DNA of 64,000 nucleotides, from positions 1 to 64,000 of IMG/VR virus record IMGVR_UViG_3300045049_000070. One strand, written 5' to 3'. Below, piece after piece: positions 26,769 through 35,179 of this stretch. The translations under genes were made by a program, and so were the position numbers. The stretch comes from a virus. The notes beneath the pieces are model-generated. The model ran no database searches. It was not told the origin of the DNA and saw only the letters and a program-made list of their open reading frames with translations. The first letter of the stretch is position 1. Each line of letters starts with the position of its first letter.

Positions 26769-27519
26769 CCGTATACAAGCGGCTGCTTTATACAGATTGG
26801 TCGACAGCATGCCTTCAGTAACTGTCTACCACGGAACCACTGAGAAAGAAGCCGAAAGAGGACTGAAAAATCCTGATAACCTAAATACAAACTGGGCACA
26901 AGGTCTCCTGCCTCCAAATAGTCATCATCTAACAACTGACTTGAATCTAGCGAAAGGATATGCATCATCTGGTGTTCCTAGAAAATATTTCAAGGAATCA
27001 GAGAAGCGAATGAATGATGCTATTGATGACGTTCAACGAACAGCTAGAGATTACGAAAAGAAGCTAGGATTGGATCCAGATTCTAAGATGTGGTCCGTGT
27101 GGAAAGAACAATCTCCACACACCTTTAAGAAGAAATATCCGAATGTATTCAAGCTTGGAGAAGTTGAATACGAGAAGCGTGTCAAGCAGCTAATGAAATT
27201 CTCTAAAAGTCTTTATATAGCTTTCGATGACAAAGTGGAGCAAAAGAAACTTGAAGACGTTCGCGGTCAAGGTGGATATGTTCTATCGTTTACCCTTACT
27301 CCAAAGAAGGTGCTCGCATTTTCAAAACCCTTTGACTCTCTTGACAAGTATGAACTATTTAGTGCCCTTCAGCGAATGAAGGGCAAGTTCCAGTGTATCT
27401 ATTTTCCCAGTTCATATTTGCGTCCAGAAAATATGAAAGGTGGTCGTGTCAAGAGAAGTGATTACTATATTGTAGTAGGAACAAAGCTTCTCTCAAATCA
27501 GAAGAGAATAGACTTATGA
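26758..27519 (+). CDS. ADP-ribosyltransferase-fold-like protein with leader
   Basis: MITNRIQAAALYRL; VYHGTT ... LTTDLNLAKGYA ... GGYVLSF. Confidence 0.5.
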   Translation: MITNRIQAAALYRLVDSMPSVTVYHGTTEKEAERGLKNPDNLNTNWAQGLLPPNSHHLTTDLNLAKGYASSGVPRKYFKESEKRMNDAIDDVQRTARDYEKKLGLDPDSKMWSVWKEQSPHTFKKKYPNVFKLGEVEYEKRVKQLMKFSKSLYIAFDDKVEQKKLEDVRGQGGYVLSFTLTPKKVLAFSKPFDSLDKYELFSALQRMKGKFQCIYFPSSYLRPENMKGGRVKRSDYYIVVGTKLLSNQKRIDL

Positions 27520-28166
27520 CGATCACCAATCGAATCGTTGCTGTCCCGAAAGAAGCTAATCCAAACAGCAAAGAGTGGAAAGCCGGATACTCTGCCGGTC
27601 GCAATGGGAAGAGTAGCAAATCACCTCACGTAAAAGGCACTCAAAAGGAAATCGACTGGACGGATGGATGGATAACTGGTGATCATGAACGTAATAGTCC
27701 ACCTCCAAAATCAACTAAGGATGTTTTGGGATATTCGATACAAGATCGCTTAGAACGTTTACGACAACGTCGTGGGGATCCTCCAGATGTCTGGTACACG
27801 CATGAAACAGCGGTTCCGTCCAAAAGCGTTTACTACGTTCTCAGACGATTATTCAAGACACTATTTCCACACGGAGGAGCTGGCGACGTTCCGCCGTATG
27901 GAACAAACATATGTCATGGGCGAGTGGCAGAAGCAATCAAACGTAGGAACTACAATCCAGAAGACAAAATCTGGCTGTATGGCGCGTCTGGTGGTGATGT
28001 CATGCATTCGGTCCTGACAGACGAACATAATCGAGTGATCCTCGATCCTTGGGCTGGAAGCGGAAACGCTTTTGGTGGACGAGATGGTTATGGCAAACCC
28101 GGTGACATGCTTGACTGTTTATGGGTCGAAACAGTGGCCGGACTTCAAGACGAATTTGGTATTTAA
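27516..28166 (+). CDS. leader-tagged two-domain protein: RMF-like motif plus Cys-His-Asp (papain/transglutaminase-like) domain
   Basis: MTITNRIVA; GYSAGRNGK..SP...W.DGW; ICHG ... MHSVL ... ILDPW. Confidence 0.5.
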   Translation: MTITNRIVAVPKEANPNSKEWKAGYSAGRNGKSSKSPHVKGTQKEIDWTDGWITGDHERNSPPPKSTKDVLGYSIQDRLERLRQRRGDPPDVWYTHETAVPSKSVYYVLRRLFKTLFPHGGAGDVPPYGTNICHGRVAEAIKRRNYNPEDKIWLYGASGGDVMHSVLTDEHNRVILDPWAGSGNAFGGRDGYGKPGDMLDCLWVETVAGLQDEFGI

Positions 28167-28181
28167 CACATAGGAGCTATC

Positions 28182-28316
28182 ATGTTTTCAACAGTTTTGA
28201 TTTTTGTTGCTGGTGTCGTGTTTGCAGCCTTCTTTCCAAAAGCTACTCAATGGGCACACGATAAGGCCGTTGCCACATTCACTGCGTTAAAGAGTCTGTT
28301 CGCTAAGAAGCAATAA
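28182..28316 (+). CDS. 44-aa single-TM membrane protein (not in the ORF track)
   Basis: TAGGAG RBS; MFSTVLIFVAGVVFAAFFPKATQWAHDKAVATFTALKSLFAKKQ*. Confidence 0.7.
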   Translation: MFSTVLIFVAGVVFAAFFPKATQWAHDKAVATFTALKSLFAKKQ

Positions 28317-28317
28317 T

Positions 28318-28629
28318 ATGGCAATCTCAGAACGTATAACGTCAGCTATTGGAATAACTCCTGAACAGAAGCAGATACAAACCAAGTTCCTGACGTTGCT
28401 GAAGCGTAGTAATAGAGGGATCAAGGCAGAACAAGCAGGTAGTGTTTGGGAGGTCTACTACACTTCGAAAGACCACAGCATCACCTTTGGTGACGACTTG
28501 CTGAAGTTCTCGGTAAAGAACGGTATAACCATATCAATCATAAAAGACTCTACTGTAATCAAACTCAGTGCGATCTTCTCTATGGATAGAAACCAAATGC
28601 AAGAGCTTATAGATAACATCAGTGACTAA
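28318..28629 (+). CDS. hypothetical protein with type-A leader
   Basis: MAISERITSA. Confidence 0.7.
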   Translation: MAISERITSAIGITPEQKQIQTKFLTLLKRSNRGIKAEQAGSVWEVYYTSKDHSITFGDDLLKFSVKNGITISIIKDSTVIKLSAIFSMDRNQMQELIDNISD

Positions 28630-28950
28630 ATGCAGTTCCGACGCGGCAAGAATGGTGTGACGCGTATAGTGCGTGATACATACCGAAAGAAGTACGCACC
28701 GACAGTCGGCGGTAAGAAAGTAACTGAAGATTGGTGGACACTCAAACAGCGTGTTCTTAAACGAGATGGATACAGATGTCGTCAATGCAACGTAAAACAC
28801 GGTTCAGATGATCCACAAAAACCTGGATCAAAGATCTGGCTAGACGTACATCATATACGTGAGTTGTCGCGTGGTGGAACTACGACGATGGCTAATCTAA
28901 TTTCTTTATGTCGACGTTGTCACCAAACACGTCACTCCCATCACTTCTAA
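28630..28950 (+). CDS. HNH endonuclease
   Basis: RDGYRCRQC ... DVHHI...GG...NLISLCRRCH. Confidence 0.9.
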   Translation: MQFRRGKNGVTRIVRDTYRKKYAPTVGGKKVTEDWWTLKQRVLKRDGYRCRQCNVKHGSDDPQKPGSKIWLDVHHIRELSRGGTTTMANLISLCRRCHQTRHSHHF

Positions 28951-28960
28951 AGGACGAAAT

Positions 28961-29419
28961 ATGGGCATCGTAGTTCTAACAGGGGCCGCAGCTCGCGGTC
29001 ATATGGATCACAGACCAGATTTGCCGACCACTAATGAGCCACGAATGCTCATTCATTGGGATGGTGTTGCAAATCGAAAAGTCAATTCAAACTTGGCTGA
29101 TGGCGTATGCTGGCTCAATCCGCAAGCACTTATCCGTTATGGACTGGTTAATATGGGTCTGCAATTCCACTCGTTGAACAGTGGGGCAGGAACGATCAAG
29201 ATTGAAGGATCGATGAGTCCTGGTGAATTTGCTGACCGTCTAAAAGACAGTTCAGATGCGTGGTCGAATGCGGTAATATCTAAGGAAGCGAATAATTTTG
29301 CGACAATTTCTGCCGCGCTAGCGAGTGGAGCGTCCGTAAATTCGACAATTATTTATACGTTGCTCCGAATTACGTTCCCAGTCGGAACACCATGCAGTTT
29401 GTCCATCACTTCGATGTAA
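28961..29419 (+). CDS. hypothetical protein, probably structural
   Basis: AAGGA RBS; beta-rich sequence. Confidence 0.7.
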   Translation: MGIVVLTGAAARGHMDHRPDLPTTNEPRMLIHWDGVANRKVNSNLADGVCWLNPQALIRYGLVNMGLQFHSLNSGAGTIKIEGSMSPGEFADRLKDSSDAWSNAVISKEANNFATISAALASGASVNSTIIYTLLRITFPVGTPCSLSITSM

Positions 29420-29488
29420 GACGACCGTAATTTGATTACGTACCCTAGAGGTCGCTGCCCACCAATTCAATTTGCCCGGAGATCGAAT

Positions 29489-30022
29489 ATGTCCCAACCT
29501 TCGGAGCAGTTCTTGGACGTCACTGTCCAGGCACAGTCTCCGCCAGACGTTGAACAAAACGATGATGTAACTCTTGAAGATATCATCACAGCTTTTCTAG
29601 ACGTCAATCCAACTCCCTCAGACGATCAAATACATACGTTGGCTGCGCTTCTGAACGTTCCCTTTGAGGATTTTGAAGCCGTTATCTATAAGATGTTTTC
29701 GCGCTACGTGAAAGATCCAGAATCTTACGCCGTAGACGATGCAATTAACGGATTAACCCAACGAGATGGACCAGAAGACGATCCGGTAGAAAACCTACTC
29801 GTTTGCTTCTTTTCCTACCATCCGGATCCAACAGATGTTGAGATCCACCAGCTCTCGGGGTTGATCGATATGACGCCCGAAGAACTGGAAGAAATTCTGT
29901 ATGCGATGCTATCAGAGATCAACGACGATCAGGAAGCAGAAATAGCATCAGATGAAATAGCTACTGAACCGTGTGAGCAAGATGAGTTCCCGTACCAGAA
30001 CGATCAGCTCCATACACCGTGA
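29489..30022 (+). CDS. acidic protein with duplicated helical domain
   Basis: FLDVNPTPSDDQIHTLA..L vs FFSYHPDPTDVEIHQLS..I; preceded by TAATTTGATT at 29428. Confidence 0.75.
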   Translation: MSQPSEQFLDVTVQAQSPPDVEQNDDVTLEDIITAFLDVNPTPSDDQIHTLAALLNVPFEDFEAVIYKMFSRYVKDPESYAVDDAINGLTQRDGPEDDPVENLLVCFFSYHPDPTDVEIHQLSGLIDMTPEELEEILYAMLSEINDDQEAEIASDEIATEPCEQDEFPYQNDQLHTP

Positions 30023-30039
30023 AATGCAAAGGATTTATC

Positions 30040-30870
30040 ATGTCTCAAGATACATATCGCCTGTTTGATCTGGACAAAGTTGCTGCTCAACTGTCCCGCT
30101 TTACTGTAAACGTCCACGACTACAAAATGCTGAGCCCAACAGTTGCTCGTGTGATTTTGTCGTACACAGGAACGGTCCCAACACAAGAACAAATGCGTCA
30201 AGAAATTGCTGCTCTGTTCGACAACAACGCATCGGCTGTAGCCGGATCCTTCCGCCAACTGACAACGGCTGGTGACGTGAAGAGCGCAGTTGGCTTTGTC
30301 AAGATGAGTCGCGAAGTGCGTCCTTTCGGCGACGAAGAAGTGAAGGCTGCGGCTGATACTCACAAGGTAATGGCATCTAACCTGCTGATGAATAAAGCAG
30401 ATGGTTCCATGTGGGAAATCAAGAGCGGTGCGATGGGCAAATATCTAGCCAAGCAAACTGGGGACGATCTGCGTGAGCTTATCCATCTAGCTCACGCTTC
30501 GGTCGGCGGCCTACCGCGATTCAGTTCGATTGCCAGCCTTGCCAGCATGACGCAACCGAAAGAATTCGCAGCATACGTTGACCTGAACGCTGAAGAAGTG
30601 CTGCATGGTTTTGTAATCGAGTCATCCGCCGACAAGATCAAGATCTTGGCCAAAGAAACTGACGAAGTAGTTGAAGTAGCTGCCGATCAGTTGGTCCAAG
30701 TGCAAGATTTGGAAGGTGAGGAAAAGGCTGCTATTACCGCCAGCCCGGAAATGCAAAACTTCAGCCAAGACGCTGCTGGCATGGTTGCCTATTACCGTCT
30801 GGCATATCGCTACTCTCCTGATTACATTCAGAAGATTATCGACATAATCGGTCAACACTCTTTCGCGTAA
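30040..30870 (+). CDS. putative virion structural protein
   Basis: AAGGA RBS; late-motif operon; followed by a terminator. Confidence 0.65.
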   Translation: MSQDTYRLFDLDKVAAQLSRFTVNVHDYKMLSPTVARVILSYTGTVPTQEQMRQEIAALFDNNASAVAGSFRQLTTAGDVKSAVGFVKMSREVRPFGDEEVKAAADTHKVMASNLLMNKADGSMWEIKSGAMGKYLAKQTGDDLRELIHLAHASVGGLPRFSSIASLASMTQPKEFAAYVDLNAEEVLHGFVIESSADKIKILAKETDEVVEVAADQLVQVQDLEGEEKAAITASPEMQNFSQDAAGMVAYYRLAYRYSPDYIQKIIDIIGQHSFA

Positions 30871-30884
30871 GGCTAACGCGGTTC

Positions 30885-30927
30885 AAACGGGAGCCTGTCC
30901 ACCACGGATAGAGCTCCCGTTTTCGTT
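30885..30927 (+). terminator. rho-independent terminator
   Basis: AAACGGGAGC...GCTCCCGTTTTCGTT. Confidence 0.75.
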
Positions 30928-30940
30928 CCAAGGACACATC

Positions 30941-31297
30941 ATGGCAATCACAAACAAAGTCACTGCAAAGCCTTCGCAGGAAACTGCTCTCAGTTGGGCA
31001 GATATGGCGAAAACGGTTAACACTGTCGTTAATGAACTCCGCGCGGGCGGAGTCAAGTTGAAGAAAGAGAATGAACCTGTACGCGGGCCTTCTTACTACA
31101 GACAGTTCTATATCTGCTTGTCAGGTGAGGAATCGATTCCAAAAATCTTGAAAGCACGTGGATTCAAGACTGATAAACTTGGGACGATGGGAAAGCGAGT
31201 AGGCTCGTATGGAGTGGCTGTAGACTACGATCCCAACGATAACATGATTGAAATCGTCATTACAGATTTCGACGGTCCACAAGAAGAACCTTTCTGA
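30941..31297 (+). CDS. hypothetical protein with type-A leader
   Basis: MAITNKVTA. Confidence 0.75.
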   Translation: MAITNKVTAKPSQETALSWADMAKTVNTVVNELRAGGVKLKKENEPVRGPSYYRQFYICLSGEESIPKILKARGFKTDKLGTMGKRVGSYGVAVDYDPNDNMIEIVITDFDGPQEEPF

Positions 31298-31299
31298 TC

Positions 31300-31521
31300 A
31301 TGGCAATCAAGAACCGTATTCAAGCTACTCCAGGCGAGCTCACTGGATGGTTCTTGCCTGTAGACAGTGTTAGCGACATCCAACGTGAACGCATTACAGA
31401 ATTCGTAAGGCGAGCAAAGGGTGCTCACTTCATCAACATCTTGATGCGTATCGACGGTCAAGACGAGAATATTGAGGCCGACTGGCTCAGTCGTCTCGAT
31501 CCAAGTACTTCCATCGTATAA
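31300..31521 (+). CDS. type-A leader protein, paralog of 31811..32035
   Basis: MAIKNRIQA..GWFL..KGAHFI..RI.G.DE..DW. Confidence 0.8.
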   Translation: MAIKNRIQATPGELTGWFLPVDSVSDIQRERITEFVRRAKGAHFINILMRIDGQDENIEADWLSRLDPSTSIV

Positions 31522-31547
31522 ACCACCGTGCAGTAGAGTGGACGATC

Positions 31548-31811
31548 ATGCAACGCCTCCAACCAAACGGCAGACTGTGGAACTTCGTTATCGCAGTAGA
31601 CCAGTTGATAGCCACATGGTTTGGAGCGTGGCCTGACGAGACATTGAGCAGTTATGCTTGGCGTCTTGAGCGTGCTGGTGACCCCGAAGGTCACTACTGG
31701 CGTGTACAGATCGACGACATCTTTGAGCATTTGTTTGGTGTACGGGATCATTGTGAAAACGCACATGCAAGTCACATGATACGTAATTCCATCCCTCCTG
31801 AGGAGCGCTAA
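31548..31811 (+). CDS. small phage protein (IAxDQ..G.PDETLSS motif)
   Basis: NFVIAVDQL..FGAWPDETLSSYAWR..HC. Confidence 0.7.
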   Translation: MQRLQPNGRLWNFVIAVDQLIATWFGAWPDETLSSYAWRLERAGDPEGHYWRVQIDDIFEHLFGVRDHCENAHASHMIRNSIPPEER

Positions 31812-32035
31812 TGGCGATCAAGAACAGAATTCAAGCCAGTACCAGGATTAAGGGCTGGTTTCTAAAAGCAACAGATGATCAAGAGTACGCGCAGCGAATT
31901 AACTCGATCATCAACTGGTTGAAGGGTGCACACTTCATTGATCTTGCGGTTCGAATCAATGGGAAAGATGAACGAGAACAAGGCGATTGGGTCAAGTACC
32001 TAGAGCCAGTGTTTGGAGAAGAAGATGTCACTTAA
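31811..32035 (+). CDS. type-A leader protein, paralog of 31300..31521
   Basis: MAIKNRIQA..GWFL..KGAHFI. Confidence 0.8.
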   Translation: MAIKNRIQASTRIKGWFLKATDDQEYAQRINSIINWLKGAHFIDLAVRINGKDEREQGDWVKYLEPVFGEEDVT

Positions 32036-32486
32036 GAAAGTAGAAGCAGCACAAATTAGCGCGGCCGGGATTATCTTTGTGCATGATGGACAGTTCTTGT
32101 TAATCATGCGTGCGCGTGATGTTGTCTCTCCATCTGTGTGGTGCGGAGCTGGTGGAAAGATCGAACCGGGCGAAACACCGGAACAGGCCGCCATACGCGA
32201 GTCTGAGGAAGAAATTGGGTTTCCATCTGATTTGCCAATGGAACTGATTCCGCTATATGTGTTCAATAGCGACAGTCTGGTATTTCATAACTATATCGGA
32301 TGGCTAAAGGGTGACCGATTTGACCCTAAGCTGAATTGGGAGTCAGATGGATGGGCATGGTTCACGATGGAGAATCTGCCACAGAATGGATTACACTTCG
32401 GCTTTCAGGCTATACTGTCTGATCCAATGGCAGCGTCCTTGTTGAACAGAACTATTGAAGGTTCCGTACTAAAGAGAGCAGAATGA
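32025..32486 (+). CDS. Nudix hydrolase
   Basis: GGKIEPGETPEQAAIRESEEEIG Nudix box; start MSLKKVEA. Confidence 0.9.
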   Translation: MSLKKVEAAQISAAGIIFVHDGQFLLIMRARDVVSPSVWCGAGGKIEPGETPEQAAIRESEEEIGFPSDLPMELIPLYVFNSDSLVFHNYIGWLKGDRFDPKLNWESDGWAWFTMENLPQNGLHFGFQAILSDPMAASLLNRTIEGSVLKRAE

Positions 32487-32716
32487 TGCCCATCTCAAAT
32501 AGAGTCGAAGCTGTAGGCGAATCTCCAGAAGAAACAAAGGAGTGGGAAGCCATCGCCAAGTTTGTGGCGCGCGGCAAAGGAAGTGCCGTCAAGGACAAAG
32601 GCAAGAAAGTAATGTCTACGTATGACAGACTTCCAAAGTCAAATCCCACTATTCACGAGATCGAAGTTAATGGAACTCGATACGCCATTGTGAAAATCAT
32701 CAGTCTGAGTAACTAA
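32483..32716 (+). CDS. hypothetical protein with type-A leader
   Basis: MMPISNRVEA. Confidence 0.7.
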   Translation: MMPISNRVEAVGESPEETKEWEAIAKFVARGKGSAVKDKGKKVMSTYDRLPKSNPTIHEIEVNGTRYAIVKIISLSN

Positions 32717-32729
32717 GCACTAAAGCATC

Positions 32730-33116
32730 ATGACTATAACAAATCGCATAACGGCATCTCCAGCAACGCTGGAAGAACGTACCAACATTCCAAACGATCC
32801 GATTAGTGTTGCTCGTGCTCATTGGTTTATCGCTCATTTCCAGAACGGTCTTGAACGACAACTTCATTTGGCTTTCGATCCGTCCTTGACCGGACACGAC
32901 AGAATCGTGTTCAAGAGGAAAGGAAATCAGCTGAACGCTGAATCGATTGTGGCATGGCTAGAACATGCGGGGCTGAAGTTTCGTCCTGCCCGTATGAGCG
33001 TCGGAATCCCATATGCCATGATAAGCGATCGCCAATCTATCGACGGCCAATACATCTACTTCTCTGTCACATACTATGCAACACAAGGCACAGTGACTGT
33101 CTCGTGCCAATGGTGA
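32730..33116 (+). CDS. hypothetical protein with type-A leader
   Basis: MTITNRITA. Confidence 0.75.
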   Translation: MTITNRITASPATLEERTNIPNDPISVARAHWFIAHFQNGLERQLHLAFDPSLTGHDRIVFKRKGNQLNAESIVAWLEHAGLKFRPARMSVGIPYAMISDRQSIDGQYIYFSVTYYATQGTVTVSCQW

Positions 33117-33260
33117 GCGATGTATGGAAAACAAGCCTGAACACGAGTATGATATTGAGCTGTTAATCATACTGTTCATAGAATGGCTAGCTCTGATGTG
33201 GGAGATTGTTGGTCCTGCATTCACGTTCACATTCCAATAAAGAAAGATAAAGGTTAAACA

Positions 33261-34109
33261 ATGAAGATGCGTAACGTCGGTCCTAAGAAGATCACGCAAT
33301 CGCTGCTAGAAGGTCCTGCTCGTAGGAAGAAACGTACTAAAGATGGCGTAACAGAATATGAAAATGGAGATCGAACGTATAAGGTTCTGGCACGTAAAGA
33401 TCCTGATGACTTGTCTCCAGAAGAGGAACGGACGTTAAAGAAGTTACGTCGTGAGCGTAAAGAACGCAGAAAGAAGCGTGAGCACGAGGCAATGCTCAAA
33501 GGGCAAGCTGAAGACAACAGGTTTGATAAGCGCCTCAAGGGGAAAGAAAAGAAGATCAGCAAGAGCAGAGAGCTAGTGGTCCAATCTGGTGTACTAGATC
33601 TGACTGAAAAAGACAAGCGACGCATTGCCAAACAAACTGAATCGTTCTTTGGAGGCAAAAGCTCCAAGATCATGGAGATGCTCGAGATGGGTGACTCTGA
33701 TGGTGGTATCACCATTCTGAAGAAAACCTTATTGATGACCATCATTCGTGTGTTGCCTATGTCTGAACAGATTCTTTCAGCTTCAGGTACAGAAAAAGGC
33801 ACGTACCAATTTGTCACTTTAGTGAGCCAAATGCGTGAGCTGATGGCCGACATACAGGCTGACAAGGACAAGCAGTACATTGCTCAATCGATCACCGAAC
33901 AGATCCTACGGCCTGCATTTATGAACTTGGCGCAGGAAATGATCAATCAGCATCACGACTTCCGTAAACGTAGCGATATGTTCGTTGTGCCGGAAAAGTC
34001 TAGTAGGTTTAGTCAAGAGCTAATGGAACTAGGTAAGTCTCTAGCCAGTTCTATGCAAGTCGAATATAGAGACGTAAGTGCCAAGATCAACGAAGCACTT
34101 AAAAACTAA
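33261..34109 (+). CDS. hypothetical protein, basic N-terminus and helical C-terminus (possible packaging factor)
   Basis: 282 aa ORF, AAGGT RBS; function not recognisable. Confidence 0.6.
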   Translation: MKMRNVGPKKITQSLLEGPARRKKRTKDGVTEYENGDRTYKVLARKDPDDLSPEEERTLKKLRRERKERRKKREHEAMLKGQAEDNRFDKRLKGKEKKISKSRELVVQSGVLDLTEKDKRRIAKQTESFFGGKSSKIMEMLEMGDSDGGITILKKTLLMTIIRVLPMSEQILSASGTEKGTYQFVTLVSQMRELMADIQADKDKQYIAQSITEQILRPAFMNLAQEMINQHHDFRKRSDMFVVPEKSSRFSQELMELGKSLASSMQVEYRDVSAKINEALKN

Positions 34110-34117
34110 GGACTATC

Positions 34118-34366
34118 ATGTCACGTTTAGCAGTTGGATCAGCGATTCGCCAAGGACTGGAATACATTGGAGATTTCTTTGGCATCCTTATAATGGGATG
34201 GCCAGTCGTACTGATCATTACGGTGCTATTTGCACTTTTCGGATTTATTGGCTGGATCTTCTGGGGGACTGTTCTAAGTGCTTGGCTTCTGTGGAGCGCA
34301 GGCATTGGATTCGTGATCTCCATGTTTCTCTGTGCTCTTATTTTCGCTCAAGGTAATATTCAATAA
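34118..34366 (+). CDS. small membrane protein
   Basis: Two long hydrophobic segments; TAAGGA RBS. Confidence 0.75.
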   Translation: MSRLAVGSAIRQGLEYIGDFFGILIMGWPVVLIITVLFALFGFIGWIFWGTVLSAWLLWSAGIGFVISMFLCALIFAQGNIQ

Positions 34367-34374
34367 GGAACAAC

Positions 34375-34845
34375 ATGTCTGCACTCGTAACCGATCCTAC
34401 CGACCCACGTCTTGGCCATGGCGAAGACAAAGAACGTGTCCCGCAGAACGCCGCTTATCTCGTTCTGAGTGATGAAGAAAGGGCCAAGGGCTTCGTGCGT
34501 CCTGTGCGCCAAACTTACAAGCACGTTGGTCTGAAACCACCGGGAACCCTTCGTGACTTGACAGACGAAGAGAAGGAACGCCACAAGCAGTGGGGTTATG
34601 TCAAGTTTGAGCCCAACCCAAATTATCCTGAGAAGAGCTCGGTGATCGGTACATACTGGACTCAGGAACGCTTAGACAAGGCAGGTAAGGGCTGTCAGAC
34701 GACTACGACCATGAGTCGGTCAATCGCAGAAACTTATGCACGCGATCCTCACTTCTATGGGTCTACATATTGCTGCACGTGTCAACGTCACATAGCTGTC
34801 GCAGAATTTGTATGGGATGGAACTGACGAACGGGTAGGTAGCTAA
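34375..34845 (+). CDS. hypothetical protein with Zn-ribbon-like C-terminus
   Basis: GC.T.T.M...IAETYARDP.FYG.TYC..C..H. Confidence 0.8.
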   Translation: MSALVTDPTDPRLGHGEDKERVPQNAAYLVLSDEERAKGFVRPVRQTYKHVGLKPPGTLRDLTDEEKERHKQWGYVKFEPNPNYPEKSSVIGTYWTQERLDKAGKGCQTTTTMSRSIAETYARDPHFYGSTYCCTCQRHIAVAEFVWDGTDERVGS

Positions 34846-34846
34846 A

Positions 34847-35179
34847 ATGATTGGGAATGCCTCTGATCTTTTCATGTTCTTGAACGCCGTTCTTTCGCCA
34901 TATGTTCTAGAGCTAATAATTTCGTTCTATATCCTTCTAATGGTAGACTGGAAACAGACGCTGGACATATCAGAACACTCAGACAAATGGTGGGAGCGCA
35001 ATCCGATTTTGGGTCGTCATCCAAGTAAGCTAAGAGTTAACACATGGTTCACCTTCTGCTTTGTAGTCGATACCCTCATTTTGTGGCACTGGCCAGAACA
35101 ACGAACCAAGATTGCTGTTCCTCTGTTATTTGAACTCTGGTGTGTGATAAACAACCTAAGACTCGGTATCAAACCATGA
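34847..35179 (+). CDS. membrane protein
   Basis: Hydrophobic segments; DW.QT...E.NPILG.HP motif. Confidence 0.7.
   Translation: MIGNASDLFMFLNAVLSPYVLELIISFYILLMVDWKQTLDISEHSDKWWERNPILGRHPSKLRVNTWFTFCFVVDTLILWHWPEQRTKIAVPLLFELWCVINNLRLGIKP

Noticed and set aside
28630-28950. HNH as an intron- or intein-associated mobile element
   Set aside because: Free-standing short HNH with intact flanking genes and no split host gene; may be packaging-associated.
33261-34109. Terminase small subunit call
   Set aside because: Size and helical character fit, but there is no diagnostic motif or adjacent large subunit; left as hypothetical.
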